Shown here: one piece after another, positions 50,921 to 62,562 of the stretch
Layout of the letters: every line of letters begins with the position of its first letter
How positions within the stretch are numbered: the first letter of the stretch is position 1
Assembly (NCBI GenBank): GCA_002189035.1
Contig: NEEC01000015.1
Span: 372,001 to 436,000 of the forward strand
Direction: 5' to 3'
Origin: Utricularia gibba
Taxonomy: Eukaryota; Plantae; Magnoliophyta
DNA length: 64,000 bases
Translations under genes and position numbers: made by a program
Notes under the pieces: model-generated
Seen by the model: only the letters and a program-made list of their open reading frames with translations
Databases searched by the model: none
Told to the model about the DNA's origin: nothing

Positions 50921-52163
50921 CTAAGACAACAATTGAACAGCAGCAATTGCTGGGATTTTTTCTCTGAGTTTCTGAGTTACAGCAACTCTTACGGTCATCA
51001 CACCAGCAGCAGGGCCTGTAATTCTTACCTTAACTATTGGCTCCTCAATGCCCACTAGCTCTAATTCCCCACCTGCTGCCCCTACAAGGTATGGCCTGAT
51101 TTCCTCAAGCACCTAAAAGAGACGCATTTTGGTTTGAGGAAAAATACACAAATCAACCAGCAAAGTCTCGAGTATCATTTCTTGTAACAGAAACCTAATG
51201 GGGTATGTGACATAAAAGAGTTACCTTTTCGATGCTTTCTTCGTTCATTTCAAGCCCTGTTTCTTCATCTGGAATCGATTCAACGGCAACAATACTAGGA
51301 ATCTTTTCCATTAATCGTCGCTCAATCCCCATTTTCATTGTCGTCACAGAACTAGGGCAGGAGCCACATGCTCCTTGCAATTTTAGTCTGACAACATTTC
51401 CATCAATCTCATGTAATGCAACATTACCGCCATCTGCAATAAGATAAGGGCGAATTTCATCCAACACGCTTTCGATGTTTTCAGCTGTCAGGGGCAATTC
51501 CACAGCTGAATCAGGTGTTGCCACAGCTTTTACTACTGCTCAAGCATGAAAAAAAACAAAGATATCACTAATAAGCATACCAAGATTAGGGAAGCATTTA
51601 CTCAAGAAAAAAAATTAGAGAAGCAAAAAGTATAGCAACTTAATCGTTCCATTGGAATCTGCAATCTATCTACATTTTTGTGTGTATGAATCGGAGGATT
51701 GAACAAGCATGAAATTGCAGTTAGATAATCTCCAAATCCTCAATTCGGCAATACGTAGGCAAGGTAAGCAAATGCGGACCTGGCTGCCTAAAAAAGTTGG
51801 GGAAATTATAACCCACACGGCGCTGCTGACCATGTTTCCTGGAGCTGGAAACCTGAAAAAACCAAAGAAACTTAACAAAAATCCAATCAGGCTATATCAA
51901 CGAAAATAAAACGGAGAATCAAAAAAAAAAAAAAAAAAACAAGACACAGTAACCGCCAAAGAGACGGCAAATCGAAGAGAAGGTAGATCAATTAAAGATG
52001 GGTCTTTCTGGCAGTCAATTGATGATGATGAACAAAGGAAACGTACAGCGGGCGCTGTAGGCCGAGGATAAAGCATAGCAGCCATTGGAGAGCAGGAGGC
52101 ATCGGCTAATTGGCACTGTCGGCAGCCGTAAGGAAACGCCGGTGGGTTCACCGCCATGGACAT
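50921..52163 (-). CDS. NFU2: Plastid NifU-like Fe-S cluster transfer protein (NFU2/NFU3 type); 4 exons
   Basis: Transit peptide; [59 protein letters not shown] (CxxC); second NifU repeat VLEEIRPYL...[27 protein letters not shown] lacks cysteines. Confidence 0.93.
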
Positions 52164-52265
52164 CTCGAAATTAGACTCCGGTGCACGAGGAAATATTTTT
52201 CGGTTTCTTTTTGGTTCTTTTGTCGTGCCGTGTCCACCCACGTGTCCGTAGTGCAACTCGGCCCG

Positions 52266-52370
52266 AGCCCAATAAATTTGTAAGAGGAATTCGAATAGGC
52301 CCAATAAGAACGCTGAGGGCGCCACTTCTGAGTAGGCGTCACCAATTTTCTGACTGGCGAATTAGGGTTT
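52266..52370. promoter_or_regulatory. Site-II plus telo-box module in the 306-bp NFU2/Mediator-associated bidirectional promoter
   Basis: AGCCCA at 52266-52271, GGCCCA at 52298-52303, TAGGGTTT at 52363-52370. Confidence 0.6.
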
Positions 52371-52469
52371 TTGGGTTTTGGTAAGAGTTTCATTCAATCC
52401 GGTGGTTGGTTTCTGCGTTTTCAGATCTTTTGATGGTTATTTTGTTTTGTGGTGGACATAGGTTTCGGA

Positions 52470-53415
52470 ATGGATGCTTCGTTGCCCAAGGATTACACGC
52501 CAACACAAGGATTTATGGAGGATAAGCGAGACCCGCTCATTGATCTCAACTTGTCAGATTCTACTGAATTGTGGTTACTTCAATGGCCCATCAATCAGGT
52601 AGAGGCCACTCCTGTTTTTTCTTTCTACTTCAAGCACTCGGCATTGTTCTTTGTTGCCCGGAACTTGCGTTTGCATTCGCTTTCATTTACTACCATGTTT
52701 TGATTCTAGAATCCAGATTTCGACGGGCTAAATGCATCTTTCAGCTTTAAGGGTGATGGGAATTTAGGAACTCTCGAGGACTCTTCAGGTGATATGGTCA
52801 TATATTTATATTACTCAGTGCCTGAACATGGACTGAATGTTGATTTATCCAAGTCTAGGCGTATCATATGACTGGGTTAGCTCCAAATTCAGGGGCTCTC
52901 AACCAATGGTTTTCTTGCCTTCTTCATCTGAGGTTAAAATTGGTATGTATCTTGTTTCTCTTGCAGCTTGCTGTTTGATCATTGGTGTTTACAGATTTGA
53001 TAAGGGTGACTGCTTATGCTTTTTCTCAAGAGCATTCAACGGGTTGGTCTGTGTTCGTTTTACAGCCACGAAAGTATCAAGACGAGTTCAACTGATCCAT
53101 TTTCACCAGCCTGGTGAAGTCCTTGCGCAGGCACGGCGTTCTATGACTTCATTATCAGCGTTGTCCAGTCGTCGCTCGTCGCTTCCGTCTCGTACCCTCG
53201 TGAGAGATTCTAAAACTGTGGCTGGTCAAACACCGCAAGTTAAAAGAGAAAAGAAGCCTACTTCTCCGTCAGGCTCTGGAGGAAAAAAGCCTAACTCTCC
53301 AGGAAACCACAAGAGGCCTACCACTACCTCTGGTTCTGGCCACAACAAGCAGTCCCCGTCAAGCAACAAAAGCAAAAAGAGGGCCAAATCTATATCTGGG
53401 TCTGGGGGTGATTGA
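52470..53415 (+). CDS. Mediator-associated protein 2-like (plant) with a Lys/Ser-rich tail; 4 exons
   Basis: Joined exons: MDASLPKDYTP..FMEDKRDPLIDLNLSDSTELWLLQWPINQ|NPDFDG..GNLGTLEDSS|GVSYDWVS..MVFLPSSSEVKI|ATKVSRRVQLIHF..., all in frame. Family assignment is from memory. Confidence 0.75.
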
Positions 53416-53570
53416 TCATGAATAGGGTATTATTTATGCTCGGCACATTGATTGCAAGAGTACATCCCAGTAGCATGGGAGTGATAGCAGTGAAGGAAAT
53501 ATTGTATCTTGAGGTGACTGTTTCTCATCTAAAGAAGAGGCTTATTTTACAAGCACCTCTATCGCAGTGT

Positions 53571-56500
53571 TTACTTTTTAGGCTTGGAGAAAAGGGCCCT
53601 GAATCTTCTCTTTAATATAATCGCGAGCGACGAGCCTAAAACAGGCCATGTTGTAATGACTGCAATGTAAGCAAGCAGCCATAGAGAAAACCGATGCCGG
53701 CGCGCCAGTTGATTCAGGGACATGTTGATAGGACCAATCAGCTCACTGATGCCTCGTTGACGATGACGCAGTTGGTCAGTGTTGGTCTTTGGCTTGTCCT
53801 CTTCATGAACATTGTCTTCATCAAGTATGAAACTTGCTTCCTTGCTCTTCCCTTTATGATCATTGGCCTGTTGCTCAACTTCTGTGTCAGCCATTTCATC
53901 TCTTACGGTTGTGATTATACCATCTTTGTGAGCATGATCGATAGCCTGCACTTCAGTCTTCCCCTTATGATCTTTGTCTTGATGGATAATTTCTGCATCA
54001 GTTATTTCATCACCTACGGCCGTGACCATGCCGTCTTCAAGCATGTGAACATATGGGGCGTGATCGATTGATGAGTTGAGAGCACTAACAGGAGAAGTCA
54101 CAGTCTGCATGATGCAAAAAAAGCGAGAGTAATGTTGGTAGAGTAAAACAAGTTTCATTTCCACTTGGGATGTCTGCACATGTAGGAGACGTTGGGCAGA
54201 AGCATTCCTCATTTACCTGTTTCTTACGCTGCCTGAAGGGGCTAGAGTTCAGTACACAAAAGAATTCATCAACGGCTCTCACCCACCTGAAATGCACAAG
54301 TTCCTCTGCATTAGCTAGCTCAAGACCTCAAAATTGCCTGAGTCAGTGAACCGGCAGAATTCGATAAAGCTTCGCAAGTGTATCATACCAAACACGTTTG
54401 GCTGCAAAACCTTCGAAAAACGGCAAGTGCCCTCCATGTTTTGTTGTGGCCAAGACAACATTCTTGTTTAACCTGCGAATTCACAATATCAGTGGCTACC
54501 AGAAATGATGAATCTAAAGTTCAGACCTTCTAATGTAACAGCTTTCTTCAGAGGTGAGAAACAAATGATTGCGTCTATGATCACAGAAGTGCATAGAAGT
54601 GTTATATCAAATACAAGAACTGAAAACGGGTATGCGTGTTTATAATGCACAAAAGTGAGGGGGGATCACTTCTGGAATGAACATGGGCTGTAAGGGGTGA
54701 TATTCCTTTGTAATATATAATTCATGCTTGCAAATACTTAGAGCTAGAGAAGAAAATTGTCCAAAATACCTGCACTCGTCCCAAGGAATTGCTTCAGAGG
54801 TGCATATTGGATCATCTAAAGAACTAATGCAAAGCAACGGTACCATTACACCTCCAACGAAGATAGAACTGCTACAGCGCCTGTAATATGTATCAACAGT
54901 CTGCCACAGCACAAGTAAATCAGATAATAATGATAGCCAAAAGTAGCTGGTGACAAGATTCATTACCTCGTAATTACCAAGAATTATGGTTGCTGAATCA
55001 TCATAGTCTCGAACTGAGCGTGCCTGAGATAAACAAGAAAATCCAGGATGAAAGTTGGTCATTGCCGCAAAGAAATTATACCTTCTCTTCAGCAGTTTGA
55101 TCATGATTTAGACAACAGCTGAGAAGGTGGCAAAACCCTTTCATAATATTACTAAATCGCTGCACATATCCATTCATTCCCAGAGCCATGAAACATGTCT
55201 ATTGCAAAATTATAAGCTTAATGAAAGAGGATATTGAAATATCAAATGTCTGGTGATAGTGCAAAGTTATACCTTTTTAACACCTTCCCAGTTTGAAAGG
55301 CGAGAAAGGACAGCTTCATGCCTGGAGACTTATACTTATAACTGTCTACTAATTTAAAATAGAAAACTTGGATGGTAACTGTAAACTACTTTCAGAAATT
55401 TAAAAGAAAATAGAGAGAGAACCTACATTTCGGCATAATCTTTCAAGCCAACTGCTAGTGCTAGATTATAAAGCCGCTGTAGGAGTTTGCGGTTTATAAA
55501 TCTGTCACATACCTGGAAAAATGGTTTGGAAAACAAAGCAAAAGTGACTGACCAGTTATAATGAAAGTAAATGACTGAGAAAAACAGTAACACGAAGAAA
55601 GAATAAAGGGAAACGAGAAACTACTCAAGAAAAGAGTATGTCAGATAGATGATTCAAAAAAGGAAAATCAAAAAAAGCACTCAGAATAAACACCAAGACA
55701 AAAATAGGGGTTACCAACCAAAAGGTCCCATGGTGAGCATACGGATGCAGCTCCAACTATAGGGGTAGATACTCCATCTTCAGCAAGATATTTCACCTGA
55801 ATTTTAAATAATAAAAAACGAACAAGATGAAAGAATGAGATAATACTGAAGAATTCTTCTTACCAAAATATTAGCGCCTATGCTGGTGCCAACAACAAAC
55901 AGAGGAGCTTCAGGATGCTTTCCATGAACGTGGTCAATCACGGCTCTGACATCCTCTGTCCAGCCAGCGTTGTATAAACTATCAGACTGACACACAAAGA
56001 TCAATGTTATTTGATATTGAAGATGATAGGAAGGCAAACCCTTTGAGATTATTGATGGAACTGGCTGACTCAATTACGACAACTCTATGTTACTCTTTAG
56101 AGTTAACTGTGATGGCTTCATTTAGTGGGTTTTCCTATGCACCTATCAGAGGGAGACGATTTTATGTTTCAAGATGTAAGGTATTGAAGGATAAAGGCTT
56201 ACTGTTACAGATACGCCCCAAGTCCTCGATGATTGCAGACAACTACGTCCCAGCCATGCTTAGCAATATTGAAAACCAGATGCTTGACATACTGCATAAA
56301 AATTACATGTCAGAAAGAGATATGGAAACAGAGAAGTCCCTAAGAAAATGATATTTCGTACAGATCACATCATCATACTAACTAAGTGCCATGCTACTCA
56401 TAGGTGAGATTAAAATATTTCACAAACGGAACCCATGATAAATCATTATTCTTTAGCACAAAGACAGATTCATACAGGAAACAACATAAATTGAAAATGA

Positions 56501-57448
56501 AACAAGAAATGCATATCTAACTTACTGAAGAGTTGGAATCACTTGTCAAGCCTGGGACAATAATCATAATAGGATTTTTTCTGCCTTGATGCTCAGCATC
56601 ATTCGGATGAGGGGATGGTTCCTTAGCTAAGCCTACAGATTGATAAAAATCATTTATAACGTAATCGAGCAACATAACTGATTCGTGTAGAGATGGAATG
56701 TATTGCATTAAGAATTTATCAACATGAATGGGTAGCTTGAGTAGCCACACGTCACTTTAGTTACCTTCATAAATGTGAGTCTTGGCCCAGTCTAGTGCTA
56801 AAGTCCCCCCATCAGAAGTCATAAAAATCTGTCTGCACATTTGGACAAATCAGTATTCCTCAATACATAGGAACTAGATAACATCATTACGAGAACTACT
56901 CCCAGATGCCAAAACATATTAACAAACAATTCAATGTTCCTTTCTAAAAAAGCCGTCAAATATCGGCAAACTGAAAGATACAATCACAAAAAAGATACGT
57001 CCACCTGAAACTTACCTCCTATAGCTAACCCGAGGTGGGTTTCCGAAAAAATGAAGAAACATAGTTTGTATGTTCGGGCTACATAACCACGGAGTCGGCA
57101 AATACCTGTTTTCAAACACAAGAAAAAGAAAAGCTAAGGAAAACACAATCCTCATGTTACAAGAATTAAAGCTTCCCACCTTCCATGAAGAAGACGGCAC
57201 TTGGATACGACATCCCGGTAGACTTGGGAGGAGTGATTGAAAGTGAGAACCACTGGATCGCCCCTGAATCCACTGAGCAAGTCTCGCAGAAAATGAATTT
57301 CAAGAAAATTATAGAGAAAGACAGTTAAGATCATCAGAAGCCCGATAAGATAGTGGGAAATGGGTATCAAGAACACCGCCCGGAACATCAAAATGTACGG
57401 TGATTCCGCCTCCTCCGACAACATCGTCCTGAGCGAATCAATCATCAT
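53571..57448 (-). CDS. Alpha/beta-hydrolase (ABHD1/3, EMB8-like) with N- and C-terminal hydrophobic segments; about 14 exons; apparent -1 frameshift at 56216-56219
   Basis: FLYNFLEIHF..GDPVVLTF..SKCRLLHGRY|LPTPWL.SPNIQT; DGGTLALDW; IIVPGLTSDS; NHRGLG(G)VS; YNAGWTED; VVGTSIGAN (GxSxG nucleophile); SPWDL; SSLDDPIC (Asp); TKHGGHLPFFEG (His); last exon 54103-53571 (SSIDHAPY...LWLLAYIAVITTWP). Confidence 0.92.
53846..54035 (-). repeat. In-frame degenerate tandem duplication (period 111 nt = 37 aa) in the last exon of the hydrolase
   Basis: DGMVTAVGDEITDAEIIHQDKDHKGK aligns with DGIITTVRDEMADTEVEQQANDHKGK; the DNA copies start at 53846 and 53957. Confidence 0.85.
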
Positions 57449-57884
57449 ACTCCTAACTCCCAACTACTACACAGAGCGAAGATCTGCATGTGACTTAAGA
57501 GATCTCCGTCCCGTGTCCGACACGCAGAAATTATTGTTATTTCGGAATATTTGTTATTTAAATATAATTAAAATAAATGTTTTCACATCCATTCGCTTGT
57601 AAAATCTGGGGTTTTGTCTTCTCTTCTCGAGTTCTCCGCTATCGCCGTGAAATCTCCATAGCCGCCTTGAAATTGGTATCCTACACCGTCGCCTTTTGAG
57701 TTAGCGATTTTCTATTGGCCGAATTCTGGTTTGGAGACGTACGATTGTAAGGTAAGAAATTCGCGCGGTTTGATACTCCCGCCTTAGGGATTTTCCTTTG
57801 TTTGTATAGTAGTCTCTCATGTTTTATGGTTTCTTCTGGTCTGTCGGTGACTTGAAAATGGAGAAGGAGATAATATAGGGCTCG

Positions 57885-59995
57885 ATGGCACATAGATTGC
57901 TCAGAAACGCAGAAGCTGATGGTTGGGAGCGGTCCGACTTCCCTATTATTTGCGAATCTTGTCTTGGAGATAATCCTTATGTTCGAATGGTATTCGATTT
58001 TTCCCTTACTAGGGCTCCTTCACTCCATATGCTTGCAAATTTGGATGATGTTGAATGTCTTCTGCTTTGTTCAAAATTTTTGGGGGTTTTGTTTCTTGTG
58101 TGTGCTGGAGATAATTTCTGTGTTTAATAGGATCTTATAACTGCTCGATTGCGCGATTGCACGCGTATTAGTTTTTTGCTTCGCTGGAGATAAATTTTAG
58201 GTGAAGTAATAATGGCGGTATGGCGAGAGTCTTTTCTGTTTAGCTTGTATTGTGGTCATGAGTGTTTTTTATTCCACAGACAAAAGCTGATTATGATATG
58301 GAGTGCAAGATATGTACCAGGCCCTTCACGGTTTTCAGATGGAGGCCTGGTCGTGATGCAAGATACAAGAAAACGGAGATTTGTCAAACCTGCACTAAGC
58401 TAAAGAATGTTTGTCAAGTTTGTCTTTTGGATCTCGAATATGGACTTCCTGTCCAGGTTCGGGACACTGCACTAAGTATTAATTCCAATGATGCCATCCC
58501 AAAGAGTGATGTAAACAGAGAGTACTTTGCAGAGGAACATGATCGCCGGGTAAGTTGCTTACGAATTCCTTTTGGTTCATCATTTGTTTCGTAGTTGGGT
58601 TTCAGGTTTAGTATCTAATGTTCTTATTTGATTAATGTTTTTATATACATTTGTATTTACAAAAGACTTTATCTGCAGGCTAGAGCTGGAATAGATTATG
58701 AATCCTCATATGGGAAAGTACGCGCAAATGACACTATCTTGAAGCTCCAGAGAACAACACCGTACTACAAGAGAAATCAAGCACATGTCTGCAGTTTCTA
58801 CATCCGAGGTCAATGCACAAGAGGTCCAGAGTGTCCTTACAGACATGAAATGCCTGTTGAAGGTGAACTATCTCAACAGAACATCAAAGACCGCTACTAC
58901 GGGTAAGAAGAATTTATGTTGTTCAATATTTTTTGTTCTCTAGTGGTTTTTGTTTTCAAAATATGAGCAGAGACCTTGGAGCTTTTTTTTCCAACACGTC
59001 TTATGCCAGGTGCCTAGTACCATTTTAAAGAACCATAGCATCAGCAGGACCTTCTCTGCTAAGCTGTGTCTTTTGAGTGTTCAGTATCCTCATATATTGG
59101 TATAGACTATGATGTTGAAACATAGAGGTTCCAACTAGCAGTTGTTGTTGGTACAGTACACTGGGAATTCTTATGATTTGCCATTTGATCATGCGGAACT
59201 GTACTTGTTTGCAGAATCAACGATCCTGTGGCGCTGAAGCTACTTGGCAAGGCTGGAGAAATGCCTTCTTTGGAACCCCCAGAGGATGAGACCATAAGAA
59301 CCCTTTACATTGGCGGGATCGACGCAAGGGTCACTGAGCAGGACCTTAGAGATAACTTCTACTCTCATGGAGAAATCGAGTCAGTTAAGATGGTTCTCCA
59401 GCGAGCCTGTGCCTTCATAACCTACACCACGAGAGAAGGTGCAGAGAAAGCAGCTGATGCACTCGCGAACAAACTAGTTATCAAAGGATTGAGGCTGAAG
59501 CTTCTCTGGGGAAAACCGCAAGCACCAAGACCGGAGGAAAATGATCAGAAGCAGCAAGCAGTCATGGCACACAGTGGACTGTTACCACGATCCGTCATAT
59601 CCCAGCAGCAGAACCAACCTCTTCAGCCCTCAGGGGCACAGCCATTCCCGCCTCCTATGCCATACTTCAGTATAACCTCCTCACACCATCAGCAAGATAG
59701 AGCGCACTATCCATCGATGGATCCGCAAAGAATGGGTGCCCTGGTCCCGTCTCAAGACGGTAGCGGTTCCAGTGAAAGCAGGACCGGTTCAGATCAAATG
59801 CCACAGGGCCTTAGCCACAGGCCTTTAGGTATGCCTCCTGCAGGACAATTCTATCCGCAGTATCATCCCCCGCCTCCTTATGGGTATGCACCCCCTCCTC
59901 CTCCGGCTTACCTGCCCGGGATGCCCCATCCGTCTCAGGCGCCTGCATCCTCACATCAGCAGGATCCTGCAACCGCTGGGCCGTCACAGCCTTGA
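57885..59995 (+). CDS. MAC5: Pre-mRNA splicing factor RBM22/Slt11 (MAC5; zinc finger CCCH 40/49-like) with an RRM; 4 exons
   Basis: [35 protein letters not shown]|[38 protein letters not shown]; [20 protein letters not shown]; RTLYIGG...CAFITY; Pro-rich tail. Confidence 0.97.
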
Positions 59996-61527
59996 GGTAT
60001 GTGTTGGTGCTATTCAATGATTTGATTATTCAGCGGTGTGACTCCTGTTCAAGCAGTTGATTTTCCCTAGAGATTCCAGCGTTTGATTGTTGCATTACAC
60101 TTGCTGCCAACGGTGTGCTCCCGGTTGCACTTTTTTCTCTTGTTTTTATTTTTTGTTGAGGTGTTTGGGCGGAGCAAAGCCAGCCCCATTGCGTAACTGG
60201 ACCGGGTTATCCGAATGTAATAAACGACCATATAAAATGCGTCACTCCAGGAAGTAGCCCATACAGTGAAATTATGAGATCAAATGAACTTTTATTAGCC
60301 AATAATCTCACCGGGTCAATGAAAATAAGACCGTTCCTGAACGGGCTCGAAAATGCAGCAGACCGTGCTATTCTGTTTCTACATCGGGTCAACCATTTTC
60401 GTTTGAGAGCAGAGCATTCCTACTTTTAAGGGTAGAAATACCACATCTTTTATATGAATTTCTCGTCTACATAAAAAAACGCCATAAACCTGTAAAGAAG
60501 GTTAAAGTACGCACGCCTTCGAGTTAGTACCGTACCTGTAAGAGAAGAGAATGATTAGCATGTCTTTCGACGACAGAGGACTGATGAGGTGGTAACTTGA
60601 GACCAAACAATAGACGGTTAGCCGAAACAGAACAGCAAGAAAGATTCTTAAGTAGGGAGGGCATAACAAAATCTTCTCCCGGTTCGCCTTTGTTTATCCT
60701 CCAATCTCCAGAGGCAAAGCTACCAGAAATACAGAAACCAGAAGGCGCTAAGAGCGCACGGTTCGACTATTACGATAACCTTTTGGATCGCCTCCCGGAA
60801 GTACAGAATTAAAAATGATATATGGATCCAATTAACCTTCGTAATCACCGAAACATATGGAGACTCGGACGCAAGAATGCCAACCACAGTGCAAGCAGAG
60901 GGCCGCTTGTGCGCGCCATCGAATCAAGTTTCGGTATATTCGATGGCAACCAGAAACCGCCGGAAGCTCCGCTTCTTACTTCTCCGATTTGCGACAACGC
61001 TTTCGCAGCAAGATCCTCAAGTCCCTGTCGCTCATCGGTAACCGCTATCATCTACATGCAACGACGAGAGACTATCCCGCCGACGTTGAGATTTGAAAAC
61101 CTAGCGTTCAATCAAATGAGAAGCCTTCAGTTTTTAATAAAAATAAATAAATAAATGAGAAGCGATTTACCCCAAGCAAAATAACACACCCTCAAGGAAT
61201 GTGATGACGTGGCACAGCTATTTTTATAAAATAAAAAAAACATTTAATCTAAACAGTGAAAGTAAACAAAAAAATATAGATATGCATATTTTAAGAGGCC
61301 TGTGAGTGAGGCTCGCTTTTCCTTTTTCACTTTAGTTTTTTAATTTTTGACCATCTCTTGGCTTTGCCGCTCCTTGAGCATGCAGTCTGCACCTTTTAGT
61401 TTCACCCCTGATCGCCAATACAAAGAAAAAGTAGTAGTCACTAGAAGGCCAGGCCAGGGCAGGCCAGGCCAGGCTCTACCCATCCCCTATCATTCTCACT
61501 GCACAGCACTGCACTGCACTCAACAGA

Positions 61528-61965
61528 GAATTAGCAGGGAGGGATTACCAGCATTGCCTTGTACTCTTATCGCCCCTCTTCTTCCCCAGACTAGGACTCA
61601 ACTCTTCATGCACAGAGACTGGTTGGTTGCTTGGTAAAAGAGAACATTTAAGTAACTGAAGGTAACAAAAAGGTTACCTTGAATTACCAGGGAGGGATTT
61701 CCAGCATTGACTTGTACTGTTATCCCCCTCTTCTTCCTCAGACTAGGACTCAACCATCCCTGCACAGAGACTGGTTGGTTGGTTGGTAAAAGAGAGCATT
61801 TGCGTAGCTGAAGGTAACAAAAATGTTACCTTGAAATTTGAATTACCAGGGAGGGATTACTGTTATCGGCCCTCTTCTTCCTGAGACTAGGACTTGACCT
61901 TGAACTACACACACATGCAATCTCATTCATGCATAGAGACTGGTTGATTGGTAGGTAAAAGAGAA
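61528..61965. repeat. Degenerate tandem repeat, 3 copies of about 153-159 bp
   Basis: Units start GAATTA(G/C)CAGGGAGGGATT at about 61528, 61681 and 61840. Shared cores: CCTCTTCTTCC..AGACTAGGACT, CA(C/T)AGAGACTGGTTG and GGTAAAAGAGA. Copies 1 and 2 contain AAGGTAAC-N6-GTTACCTT. Confidence 0.9.
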
Positions 61966-62533
61966 CTGGGTTACTGCGGATACTATGGATGCATATGATA
62001 CAAGGTCAAAGGCAGGGAGTTGTAACTAGGCTACTGTTAACTGAAGCACAGCTACGAAATTATAAGCACATTTAAGTAAAAAGACTATGAAACGAACTTT
62101 CAATCACAAAAAATCGTCGGAATGGAGCTGACAGAAAAGAAAGAAGCAACTAGGAAATGACCATTCTGACGAAGGGCCAACCTTTCACAATCACAACATC
62201 CGCAAAGGGACAACGCATTCAACGGGGTGGAGCCCAGAGAAACGTTTTCATGTGTCTTTTACGGTTCATGTTGAGCAGTAAATAACAAACAGCTCTACTA
62301 TTTGAATAAGTCTACGGGGGGAGAAGATGTTTAGATTGATGTCAAACATGATGCATGCATCTATGGGTAAGCATGACTCACATAGAAGAGCATGCACAAA
62401 CATGGCAAATACAGCGACAAAAAACCACTTCGAAAAAGATGGTTACGAATCACTTACGAAAAAGCTCGAATGGTGAGAGCATAATTCCATGGCATTAGCA
62501 CAAGGAAGGAATAAAGTTGAAGAGAACTATAGT

Positions 62534-62562
62534 AAAAAAAAAGGGGGGGGGGGGGGGGGGGG
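62534..62562. repeat. A9-G20 homopolymer tract
   Basis: Directly visible. Confidence 0.85.

Noticed and set aside
51530-51545. Apparent rare GAG splice acceptor in NFU2
   Set aside because: The site is GAG-CAG-TAG; the in-frame CAG is a canonical acceptor, so this is at most NAGNAG variation.
53571-54212. 213-aa ORF as an independent membrane-protein gene
   Set aside because: It is the last exon of the alpha/beta-hydrolase: an in-phase acceptor at about 54104 follows the WVRAVDEFF exon, and the ORF starts inside the intron.
60864-60883. miR394-like sequence (TTGGCATTCT on the minus strand)
   Set aside because: Only the first 10 nt match and I found no matching star arm.
61528-61965. Tandem repeat with hairpins as a CRISPR-like array
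   Set aside because: Plant nuclear context, whole-unit similarity with no unique spacers, and no cas genes.
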